The notes under the pieces: generated by a model
What the model was told of the DNA's origin: nothing
The model's database searches: none
The model's input: the letters and a program-made list of their open reading frames with translations, nothing else
Program-made: the position numbers and the translations under genes
Origin: Anthoceros angustus
Lineage: Eukaryota > Plantae > Anthocerotophyta
Direction of reading: 5' to 3'
Length of the DNA: 64,000 bases
Assembly: GCA_010909165.1 (NCBI GenBank)
Contig: MU008182.1
Span: 930,001 to 994,000 of the forward strand
Shown here: in pieces, positions 22,114-32,838 of the stretch
Position numbering within the stretch: the first letter of the stretch is position 1
How the letters are laid out: each line of letters starts with the position of its first letter

Positions 22114-22483
22114 TGGAGTTTGTCCATACTATTCTTATTCACTTAGGTAGTTTGGGTTTGCGGCGTCCAGAAGTAGACAATCCAGCCAAGAGGATAGGTA
22201 TTGATTGGGCTGGTTAAAAGCTGTTCTGGAGGATTCGTCTTCCTGCTGTAGAGCTGTATTATATACTCCAACCATCTCAGTAATTGAACTTAATGCTTGT
22301 TCACCACCACCGCATCTTGTAATAACAACGATAGGATCCATGGGAAAACCACAAAATGTGAAGAAACAAGCATTCACCGAAGCAGCCAGTCAAGGAGGTT
22401 CCATCCGCTCGCGGAATGGATTACAACCTGGCTGGTTTCCGAGGAAAAAGCACAACAAAATTTGAACGGTTTCCGAGTGGTGG

Positions 22484-23809
22484 TCACTCGTAGAGCCACT
22501 TCTCGCTGACCAGGTTGTAGTCGTTGAGTTCCTCGGGCGAGAACCAGAGCTTGATTTCTGCCTCAGCCGTTTCAGGCCCATCGCTGCCGTGGATGATGTT
22601 TCTTCCCACCACTATGGCATAGTCCCCTCTGATAGTGCCCGGCTCTGAGGCCTGCGGGCTGGTTTGGCCAATCAACTTCCGCCCATACTTGATCACACCT
22701 TGCCCCTCCCACACCATGGCTACGACAGGTCCGGAGCTGAGGAAGTCGGTGAGGCCGTTGAAGAAGGGACGCCCCTTGAGATCGTCGTAGTGCCGCTCGG
22801 CGAATTCCTTGCTTGGCGTCACCAGCTTGATTCCTACCAGCTTGTACCCCTTCCTCTCGAACCGCCCGATGATCTTAGAAATCTGTATCCAACGCAGTGA
22901 GGAAAATACTGGAAAAGAGGACAGAACAAACTGATTGTGACTACGCAGGGATGACTTACCAAGCCTCGCTGCACACCGTCGGGCTTGATTGCGATAAACG
23001 TCCGCTCGACCTGTGTGCGCGAATTAAAGACCTGGTGAATCATGCTGCGGTACGCAGACCAAATTCACAAAAGCAGAACAGTTCACCAGGTTTGAAACGT
23101 ACTTCAGCAGCCTCCAAGTTCTGGTCTTGAGCAACCACAGCTGGAGTGACAGTGGTGACCAGGTCAGGCCAGATTTTGTTGCAGGAACTGAAAGTTTCCG
23201 AGCAGAATGCATGAGACAAGCAATCGAAGGCCACAGGGTGTCACCTGCAGCTGAGAGGAAAAAAGCAGCCGGAAACCACCCTCTAGCACTGCTGTCCTGC
23301 GCCTCCGCGACTGCTCGGGTGATTTGCGACGAAGCTGCTGACCCGCCCTTGATCACAAAAGCAGGCACCAACGACCTCCCCTCTGCAACCAAGGCGACAG
23401 ATCAGCTCAGTGTCATGCCGCACCCTTCCCACCTGCCTGAACTTCCCTTGGTTCCCCATTCAAACCATTCACCCCCCCTCTCCCTCCTCGCATGCAATCC
23501 ACCAACCCTGATTCACTCCATTCCTCCAATTACATAAAGATTGCACACAGTCAGCTGGTCATCAGCAGAATCTCGGGGGTTCATCTGCCGCCGCCGCAGC
23601 TGAAAGCGGCACAAGCGTCAAGCTCCCAGCTGATCTTAGCTGGACGCAGCCAGGCGGAGCTCCCATCAAGCCACACATGCAGCCCGATCCACGCTTCCAA
23701 GCCCTACAGCAAACAGGCACGCGGACATACCGGAGTGGAGGGAGCGGCGGGAGGCCGCCGCCGAAGCACGCAGAGCTCTGGACACCGCATTGGCGACGCG
23801 CATCTTCAT
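22484..23809 (-). CDS. NDPK3: Nucleoside diphosphate kinase III (mitochondrial/plastid), multi-exon
   Basis: Presequence [22 protein letters not shown]; [16 protein letters not shown]; [10 protein letters not shown]; [13 protein letters not shown]; C-terminus EKWLYE. Confidence 0.93.
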
Positions 23810-24476
23810 GGTTGCAATGCCGGAATGGAAAAGCAAGGCCGGGACGACGGCGAGTGAGGAACGTGAGGATTGTACTGCCGGAGGCCGGGATGGGAGGGAA
23901 TGCCACTCAAGGGAGAAGGTGTAAGGAAGGTGGTGGGAAAGGTAGCCGGCTGGCTGCTGGAACCGACACACGCGTTTCACGTCATAAGGCTCACAACCTC
24001 GCCTACGTGTGAAAGCCACCGGACTCGGAGCCCTGTTATCAACCGAGGCCGCTGAGCCAATTCCGTCGTCCACATTCACTGCATGTTGTGCAAATCATTT
24101 ATGTTGTCAAAATCAAAAGTGTGGACTATCGATCACACCATGTTAGCACTTCGTATGATGCTTTTATTCCTTTCGGATTTCGGCTGAAGCCAGGCTTCCC
24201 TGCTACAATACAGCTCAGCTGCCCGTAACCGACTGGTTATAGCCGCTTGTTACGCAGTGTCGTACTGGTCATTCCTCGTACCCATCGCCTACGGCTGTGA
24301 TTCCGCAGACCTGAAAGCATGCATCAAGCAGAGTACGTTTGGTAAGCCCACTGCAGACGAAGGTGTTTGAGGATCGTGAAATGGAATATCACAAAGCGAT
24401 CCGTACCTGGATGTTAACATTGTACAGTGGCCGAGAGAACTGGACAACGGTGTGCTGCCTGCAGGTTTGAGTTTTC

Positions 24477-25744
24477 CTAGGATTCGGATGTTTCGTCCTC
24501 TTTCTCATCCTCTACTTTGAAAAATGTGTATGACAAGATTAAGGAGTTGATACCATCCATCCTTGGATCCGTGGCGAATTCTGGGTCAATGTAGAAGAAG
24601 ACCTGCAGTCAACAGTTATAACCAGGAGACATCTTGTCAGGCCTGTGAAGTTTAGGACCCAAGGTCACAGGCTCCAAGGAAACACCACTCACAGGCATGT
24701 CAAGCTTCTCTCCGGCACGAAGCCGCTGCTCCTCGAAACAAAAGCACTGGATCTTGTTGAAGTAGGCTCCAGCCTGCATGGGCACACCAAATGGCAGAAG
24801 AATTTCCGCTTCTGATAACTACAACCTTGCTTCGAGCCAGGCTTCTGAAAGTGATGCTGCCTACCCTCATAGGAGTGATATTGTACGTAGACACTCCCGT
24901 GATGGACTTGGAGCTGGTGTTTTCTGCTGTGTAGAAAGCCAGAGTGCTCTGCCCTGGCCTCACCTTCATCTACATACCCGCATCCAAACAACAGAGAAAA
25001 AGAGACCAGTATGGACCAACCACCATTCCTCGTAACCACAAAACAAGACAGTGAACTCCAAATACACATACCTCCCGTTGAGTCGGCGTGAACTTCCAGG
25101 GCATACCATCCGCCACATCCGCATTAAACTGCACTACCAGCTCCCTACCGAGAGACACATTCACAAACCCTATCGATTAGGGTACGCCGAGCCTTCCCCC
25201 CACAAATTCACTCCCCTCCACAGCATCCAAGGCAGCAGCAGGAATTCACCTGACCGGCGCGGCGGAGGCTTCAGCATCCTGCCTTGCAATCTTTTCCTCC
25301 ACTGTCTGCAAGCAGCCACTGAGCGGATGAACCAGTTCCTTTGCCACGACAGGACCGGAAACCCATGGGCACAGCAAATCCTTCATGTCACAACCAGCTC
25401 ACCTCACGCCGCTTCACAGTCCCCCCATAACCAGTGGCCTGGCAGAACTTCCGGTACAGCGGCACGGAAGCGTACGTGCATCCCACCATAGCCACAACCA
25501 AGGCGGTGAGATACATCAGCGTTCCCTGCGAATTTTTCTGCCCCGGATGTGCCCTGGCAGCAGCCCCATTTACAAAATTCCTCCTCAGAGCTGGGCTCCC
25601 AGGATCCCCTCCAGCCTGCGAGCTGAACCTACAACCTCCCCCTGCCCCTGCCACTCCAGCCTTGCACTCCGCTCCCAAAATCCACCCTCGTCGAGCACCC
25701 GCATCCAAACCCCACCACACCCTTCGACCGCAATGCCGCAACAT
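24477..25744 (-). CDS. COX11: Cytochrome c oxidase copper chaperone COX11, multi-exon
   Basis: [71 protein letters not shown]. Confidence 0.95.
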
Positions 25745-26449
25745 TCTCCCACTCCAGCTCCGCACCTTCCCCTGTTCCGCGCATCAGCTCTCAGCTCCCC
25801 TCGACTCGAGCTACTCCTCTTGTCAATCCATACCCATCGAGATCAAGCCAGGATCAACAAGCAAGCAGCAAAAGTCGAAATTTCTCTGAATCGCATAAAA
25901 TCGACTAACAGTAACTCGTTCCCGCTCCCGAATTAGGGCAGCAATACATTCAGATGCTTTCATCTTCAATTTGTCTGAGTGCGAAGCAGATTCCTTCCAC
26001 CGTGTGTAATAAGGACAACTGTGGATTGCACAGAAGAGAGCGAAAATGGAAAAGGACAGCATTGCAGGTAACCGAGAGATGCTGTCCGGAGACGATGTGA
26101 ATCAAAACGACACAAAATGCATTAGGCAATTGAGGCAAACAAAGCATCGTGAACGAAAGAGAATTTTACACAACCGTCAGCAGAAGTGCAGACGCAGCGC
26201 TCCGGACGTGGAATGCTGGCCAAGTTCTCCACATTCGGCTTCTAGGTGCAAGACATTCGACATTCGGCAAGCGACTGCTCGAACTTGCTGACGGGGGAGA
26301 GTGATCTGCTGTCGCAGCAGCAGCGAAAGAACCAGCATTGTACAAGACAGGATCTAGCCGGCATCACACAATGACCCCAGCCGCGGAGGACATCAGCGAA
26401 TTGGGTTTCAAGCGCGCGAGCTTGAAGGGAAAGGACTAAATTCAATAAT

Positions 26450-27417
26450 CTAATTCCCGGGGACGAATTTGGTGGCATAGGCCCAGGCGTTGTTGTTGGA
26501 GGGGTCGGCCAGGTGGTCGAGGAGGTTCTCGATGGGGCCCTTGCCGGTGACGATGGCCTGCACAAAGAAGCCAAAGGCGGAAAACTGGGCCAGTCTTCCA
26601 TTCTTGATCTCCTTCACCTTGAGCTCGGCGAAGGTGTCGGGGTCGTCGGCGAGGCCCAGGGGGTCGAAGGCGCCGCCGGGGTAGAGCGGGTCGGTCACCT
26701 CGCCCAGGGGCCCGCCCGCAATGCGGTAGCCCTCCACCGCCCCGATCAAGATCACCTGCACGGCCAGCACGGCCAGGATGCTCTTTGCGTGGATGAGAGC
26801 CGGGTTGCCCAGGTAGTTGAGCCCCTCCTCGGAGAAGATGACGGCGCCGGCCTTGAACCACACGGGCTCCTGGATGGGCACCCCGTACTTGGCCAGGATC
26901 TCGGGGGTCACGATCCCGAGCGTTCCCAGCAAGGCCCACCGCGAGTGGATCACCTCCAGCTCCCGGTTCCTGGCGAACGTCTCGGGATCAGACGAGAGGC
27001 CTGCCGTGTCCCAGCCGTAGTCGCCCGGGAACTCGCCCTTGAGGTAGCTCGGGGGCTCGCCGGAGAGCGGGCCGAGGTACTTGGGCCTGTCGGGCCCGTA
27101 CCTGCGCAACACACCATTCACGATTCATTCCCACGAGAATCATTCATTCTATCAATCCATCAATCAATCAAACAATCAAACAATCAAACAATCCCGCCTT
27201 GCCGGGCCGGCTGCATTGCATCCCACTGGAATGCAATTGAGAAGGGGGCGATGGAGTACCAGATGCTGTCGGACTTGGAGGCCTGCGTCTTGCGCATGGT
27301 GACCCTGGCGTCCGCAGCCCTGCCGCCGTTCACCTTCCTGGAGAGCTCGGAGGGCGCCTTCAGCACGGCCTGGCCGGCGAAGGTGGCGCTGCTGATGCAT
27401 GCCGAGACGGCGGCCAT
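26450..27417 (-). CDS. Lhcb: Major light-harvesting chlorophyll a/b protein (Lhcb1/2/LhcbM type), 269 aa precursor, 2 exons; mature part Met/Cys-free
   Basis: Exon1 27417-27260, GT-AG intron 27259-27102, exon2 27101-26450. Transit peptide ends VTM-RKT. Motifs [46 protein letters not shown]. Confidence 0.97.
27152..27193. repeat. (CAAT/CAAA)n microsatellite in the Lhcb intron
   Basis: tcaatccatcaatcaatcaaacaatcaaacaatcaaacaatc. Confidence 0.85.
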
Positions 27418-27518
27418 GGCTGCTTCCGCCGGTGCCCGGGGAGGAGAAGAGAGCAGGCGACGGAGACAAGTCAGCTGGAGGACGCGATGCCGATGTCCGT
27501 GAAATCACTGCTCGCACA

Positions 27519-27680
27519 ATATATATGTTTGGTAGGCGGGCGGGGCGCGCGGCCAGGTGCATGCACCGACGGTAATCGGCAGGGCCCAATCGGGGGCCAG
27601 GATTCCCTCCAGCGCTTCAACTACGGTTCGGGCGACTGACTGCGGGTTACTTCTGTGGCGTACGTGCATTGAACCTGGAT
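27519..27680 (-). promoter_or_regulatory. Lhcb promoter: TATA-like box, EIL-type near-palindrome and UPE-box-like element
   Basis: ATATATAT at ~27519-27527; AGGTGCATGCACCG at 27555-27568; ACGTGCATTGAACCTGGAT at 27662-27680. Confidence 0.6.
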
Positions 27681-28441
27681 AGGCGAGGCGACAACATAAG
27701 CCTGCACCAACGCTCCTTCATGTTGCATCGCCTGTGAGCGTCTAAGGGGGCTGAAGTTTTAAGGCTTGAAGGACTCGACCACTTCAATTTGGCAGCATTA
27801 GCTCTACTCTATGTAAGCCAGTTCCACCACACTAAAAAGGAGGAGATATGTTTGAAGTTACATTGGATAAGGTTCGGTGTGAAGATAATGTCCTTGAACA
27901 AGTATAGTCTTGTCACCTCTTACTGTGCAGTAAAATGAATCTGTAGTAGCCTCAAGGTTCTATTTTTTCAGTTTATGGAAACATTGATGGGTAGTGTTGG
28001 AGTTGTGGGGTACAGGATCCGAGAAAGAAGGAGAGGAGAAGGAGTCTATGCGACAAAGATCTGTATGATTCAGATTAAATTTATGTCTCGTTATATGTAG
28101 AAATGTAAACCTTCAAAAAAATAAGAAGGCGGTGATTAATAAAGGTTTACCTACAACAATAACAATCAAATTTCATGCACATAAGTTGCACACTTGCTTC
28201 CTAAAATGGAATTCTTTTCCCATAGTCATCTCTAAATGTATATACTTATATCAAATAATTGTATTTCCTACACTTTTCTGTACAAAACAATTTGTTACAT
28301 CAAGTTTTTGTAGTACTTAAATCGATTTTGGGACGATTTACTGGAAACAAAGAGATGAGATATAACAGCCCATCTTCTATACTATGTATTGCTAAAGAGA
28401 GTTTCATTGCTAAAGGCACCATTACCCTATCTAACCTCATT

Positions 28442-29734
28442 TCAAGTAGTAAAGATTATTTCAAGTAGAAGCTTTACGAAAAGGTCCAAAGGATCTTCCG
28501 ATATAGTAGATAGTTCTAAATAAAATTTCATATATATACCATTAAATCTTGTTTGATCTTCATGAGTTTTCAAGCGCAACATATTTAACAATTCAGCTCT
28601 CATAGAATCCAAATCAGTTTGTTGTCCGTCATGCAATAGGTAGTTTTGTATTTTTGCTAGCAATTCAGTTCTTTTGAAAAGGAAAATTTTCATTCTCCCC
28701 GCCAAATCAAGTCCATCAGGACCGAAATCCATTGACATCTCATCATCATCCTCGTCATCATCATCATCATCGTCGGCATCATCTGTATCGTCATCATTTG
28801 TATCATCATCATCATCATCGTCGGCATCATCTGTATCGTCATCATTTGTATCATCATCATCATCATCGTCGGCATCATCTGTATCGTCATCATTTGTATC
28901 ATCATCATCGTCGGCATCATCTATATCGCCATCATTTGTATCATCATCATTTGCGTCTTCATCATCTTCATCATCATCATTTGCGTTGTCATCATGTGCG
29001 TCGTCATCATCTGCATCGTCATCATTTGTGTCGTCATCATTGGCATTGTCATCATCCGCATCAAATGCGAGCCTCAAAATTACACCATTAGGATCAAAAT
29101 CCATTGACATCTCGTCATAATACTCGCAGTCATTATCTGCATAGTCATCATCTACATCGTCATTATTTGTGTTGTCATGAACAAGGTCGTCATCATCCGC
29201 ATCAAATGCGAGCTTCAAAATTACTCCATTAAGATCCAAATCCATTGACATCTTGTCATGATGCTCGCCGTCATCATCTGCATAGTCATCATTTGCATCA
29301 TCATCATCCGCCTCCTCATCATCTGCGTCCTCATGAGCGAGGTCATCATCATCCGCATCCCCATCATGCTCGCCGTCATCCTCTACATAGTCATTATCTG
29401 CATCTGCGTCCTCATGAGTGAGGTTGTCATCATCCGCATCGTCATCATCAGCGATATCATCATCATCATCCTTGATTGACATTTCTCCATCATCCTCCAT
29501 TGCTATCTCATCATCATCCTTGTCATCATAGTTTTCGATTAACATCTCTTCATTATGCAACCATGGCATGAGACATGTCTCGCGAAATAAGTGAGGACAT
29601 GTATTTATTTGTGGAATCTCTTTCGCTAGTTTAATGTTCTCTCTTGAGATAAAATTTTTCCTCTCTTTAGTCTCATTATATTTATATAGGGTTGTTGTCA
29701 ATTTTTCTTCTCCTGGTGGAACATTAAAATCCAT
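28442..29734 (-). CDS. Intronless Asp-rich acidic orphan ORF (~430 aa from ATG 29734)
   Basis: Open frame across an imperfect (GAY)n core with non-repetitive N- and C-terminal segments in AT-rich DNA; recurring EMSMD..GVIL.LAFDADDD motif. Confidence 0.45.
   Translation of the reverse strand: MDFNVPPGEEKLTTTLYKYNETKERKNFISRENIKLAKEIPQINTCPHLFRETCLMPWLHNEEMLIENYDDKDDDEIAMEDDGEMSIKDDDDDIADDDDADDDNLTHEDADADNDYVEDDGEHDGDADDDDLAHEDADDEEADDDDANDDYADDDGEHHDKMSMDLDLNGVILKLAFDADDDDLVHDNTNNDDVDDDYADNDCEYYDEMSMDFDPNGVILRLAFDADDDNANDDDTNDDDADDDDAHDDNANDDDEDDEDANDDDTNDGDIDDADDDDDTNDDDTDDADDDDDDDTNDDDTDDADDDDDDDTNDDDTDDADDDDDDDEDDDEMSMDFGPDGLDLAGRMKIFLFKRTELLAKIQNYLLHDGQQTDLDSMRAELLNMLRLKTHEDQTRFNGIYMKFYLELSTISEDPLDLFVKLLLEIIFTT
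28735..29530. repeat. Imperfect (TCA)n/(GAT)n repeat with higher-order duplications
   Basis: Near-identical ~40-50 bp units at 28755-28950 and ~120 bp units at ~29040-29290. Confidence 0.92.
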
Positions 29735-31800
29735 TTCGTGGACGATGAAGCAGCCAAAAGCCAACTTGCGTTCAAATGAACTTAAAGAGGTATGTGCAGA
29801 TAGATCTCACACACAGAAGAAACTAGCGCCCGTCGCACTGCAAAGCAACAAAGCTGCCATGCCCAAATGTCATGGTCAGCATGTAGGCTGTTGGCATCAC
29901 AGGTCAAAAATGAACGGTCAAACCACTAGCTATAGGCTTGGCAAAGACTACTGCCTACAATAGGCCTAGAGCCCGCGAACAGAAAAACGGGCTTGGAGTT
30001 TGTGTCCTCTTCACCGGAATGCGACCCCAAGATGTTGCAAAAGAAAGTTTAGCGAAGAAGTATGGCTGCCTCTTTATTAGACAAACATCAACAGTCCACT
30101 TAGCTTGGAGTGTTGAGCTACATATATAGCCTATGGTGTCCGCCACCTCTCGCTATTGCATACTGCTTAGCTCTATGGAGCACGCGCCAAGGTAATATAA
30201 CTATTTAGTCCTTGGCCTTTGGCAATAATGCCTGCTTGGAAATAATCCTTTATTTCCTTGGCCCTTGGTAATGATGAGACTCATTACCTATTTCCTTGGT
30301 CTTCGACCCACGTTTATATTGTTTATGGCTAAGTTAATGTTACAAGCTTAGTTCTAGAGCCAAACTTATAACACAACACCTAGTGTTAAAAATAATGATC
30401 TTCTCACCTCCTTTTATATCCTTCAAGCTCACCCCGTATAAGCAATTACTAATTGTAAGAATACATATAATCATATATCTATTTAACTACCCATTAAGGC
30501 AGTTTCTTCTTCTGAAATTGCATGCCACCACATGCAGCCATGCTTGCAAATATGCAAACAATTCACCAGGCAGATACTATATGTAGCTTTTATTTTCACT
30601 TGTTACTTTTTTCAGTAGAACCTATAAAGGTAAGATGTTTTTGTTTCACATCTCTAAAGTATATTCTCTATTTCATGGTGAAGGGAACTTAATGTGATCT
30701 TTGGGACCTAATTTTGGAATATCTAAAATAGATTGGATAATCTATCTCTATTTCTTTTTGAGTATTTATTATAATTAATTAATTAATTAATTGATCATTT
30801 ACAAGAATACCACCAAAACAGCAGATGAAAGGCATGACCACATCCTTCCAGAGCTGTCCTCACTCAAAATTCTATATTTTATGTTTTAAATAATTATTTT
30901 GAAATTTATTTATAAAATTTAATATTATTTTTATAATAATTATCTATAATTTTTTGAAAATTTAAATAAATATAAGTTCGCGCTCAACAAATTGTTTTAG
31001 AATAGCTTAGTTCACCCCGGAGATCTTGGCTTTTGGCTTATCAACAGGACTCATGGGCAGCATTACCACGTTTGCATCCTAGAACTAGCACATGCTTGAA
31101 TTCCTTACCTACCGCTTGAACTTCTCAATGGCTTCTCTCTCTTGTTTCAAATACTTACCGGTTGAACTACTCTCTCGGGGCCAACTTACTTTTGACTTGG
31201 GTGACCAGGTGGTGCAAATTTGGTGGTAATAAACCCTCCCCAATATAGTTTGTGAGCATGTCATCGTCAACCCTCTGGGCTGGGCGGCGTAGGGATTCGT
31301 GATTGCCAAGGTTTACAAGTACACCCCATGCATGAAGGCCATGCTTTCATTCCCCTTACTATTGAGAACGTGAATGGACTTCATGGTTGGGGTGTGGTTG
31401 GGCTCAAGTTTTGAACAAAACCAAAATCGAGTCACACCAATATTGCTTCAAACAAGTTCATGTATTGAACCATGGTTGCTTGTATGGTATGTATGAATTA
31501 CAGTTTCAACCAACCATGGGCTCAGACCAAAACTTCCCCCTTTTATCGAGTTTGGCATGAAAACTGATTTGAAGTTAAAATTCGTATATAGTACAAGTAA
31601 AATAATTAATCTAAGTAAAAAAAATTTCTTCTTCTTTTACTACTACCAAGCTTAAGAAAAAATCATTTGTGTTAAGACGGTTAAGTTTGACTCAGGTTCC
31701 ATTACGTACGAGATAAAGTTTCGTGACCGTAGTTCATGAGCTGCATTTGAACAAACTTTGTCCATCGCCCTGCTGAGGGCGTTGGCAAATGCTGTTTGGA

Positions 31801-31886
31801 GGATGACTTTGAATGCGGGAGATGCTGTAGGATGACTTCGAATGCGGGAGACGCTGAAGGACGACTTCGAGTGTGGGAGACGTTGC
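31801..31886. repeat. 29-bp tandem repeat x3
   Basis: GGAYGACTTYGARTGYGGGAGAYG(C/T)TG starting at 31801, 31830, 31859. Confidence 0.85.
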
Positions 31887-31960
31887 ATCTTCAGCTGTGG
31901 TGGTAAGTAGGCCCTTCCTTACTCTTGACTACGACATGTTGGGGGCGGTAGACAGCTTCA

Positions 31961-32100
31961 CGGTAGACAATTGTGGGGGCTAGTTCCCCTTAACCTGGGC
32001 CTTGTAGTGGGTTGTTCCCAACCACCATGGTAGACAATCGCGGGGGATAATTACCCTTAGCCTGGGCCTTGTAGTGGGTTGTTCCCCACCACCACGGTAG
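31961..32100. repeat. ~67-bp direct duplication
   Basis: GGTAGACAAT..GGGGG.TA.TT.CCCTTA.CCTGGGCCTTGTAGTGGGTTGTTCCC.ACCACCA twice. Confidence 0.88.
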
Positions 32101-32516
32101 GGATGGGACCTTTTTAAATTGCAATCCTTGCAATTTTTATAAAGTCTCTATTCCACTATTATAGTAGGTGGTCAAATTAGCTTATATATCTTCTAGAGGT
32201 AACTTGCAATATTTTTTTTTGTCCAAATAGCCTAGGCCAAATGGACTAACATTTATAAGAACTTCCTGATTAAGCATCCTGAACTTAGATCGGGACTTAA
32301 ATGAGATTCCTAAAGGGAGTGGGTGCCCTTGGTGCAAGTAGCTTAGGCACACAATGGTACAAGTTGATAAGTACCAAGTCCCATGTTCCACTAAATAAAA
32401 TTCTTCTTCTTCTTAAATTTATGATAAGAATATTAATTACAAATTTATTTTTCTTTACTTTAAATCCATGTATTCACACACCACGCATCCTTGATAAGCA
32501 AGTTCATACCTAGCAA

Positions 32517-32656
32517 CTTTCAACTTGTGTGTCCGAAGATAGTTTCAAACTAGTGTGCAGAAGATGGTTTCAACTTGCGTTGATGAAGATAGTTTCAACT
32601 TTCGTTCATGAAGGTAGTTTCAAACTTCCGTGCATAAAGATAGAGTGTTACAACTT
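32517..32656. repeat. ~25-bp period repeat with conserved GAAGATAGTTTCAA(A)CT core, 5-6 copies
   Basis: Conserved cores separated by 8-9 variable nt. Confidence 0.85.
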
Positions 32657-32838
32657 TCTCCGCTTCTAATACACAGCATCCCATGTCCACACCGACATCC
32701 CATAAGAAGTAATGTACAACACAGTTTTAAAATGAAACCATCTCTAGTCCAGACATAGCCCAACACGTAAAGAGACATGACTTCTGCCATACGGCGTGGA
32801 CATAAAATGTTATTTGTTCCAACAAAACTTACCCCGCG

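Noticed and set aside
26513-27502. 329-aa plus-strand ORF
   Set aside because: Antisense shadow of the high-GC3 Lhcb gene.
28674-29479. PolySer, polyHis, polyMet and polyIle ORFs
   Set aside because: Alternative frames of the (TCA)n repeat.
32517-32656. Repeat-spacer pattern resembling a CRISPR array
   Set aside because: Cores ~16 bp and spacers 8-9 bp are far too short; spacers are related; eukaryotic context with no cas genes.
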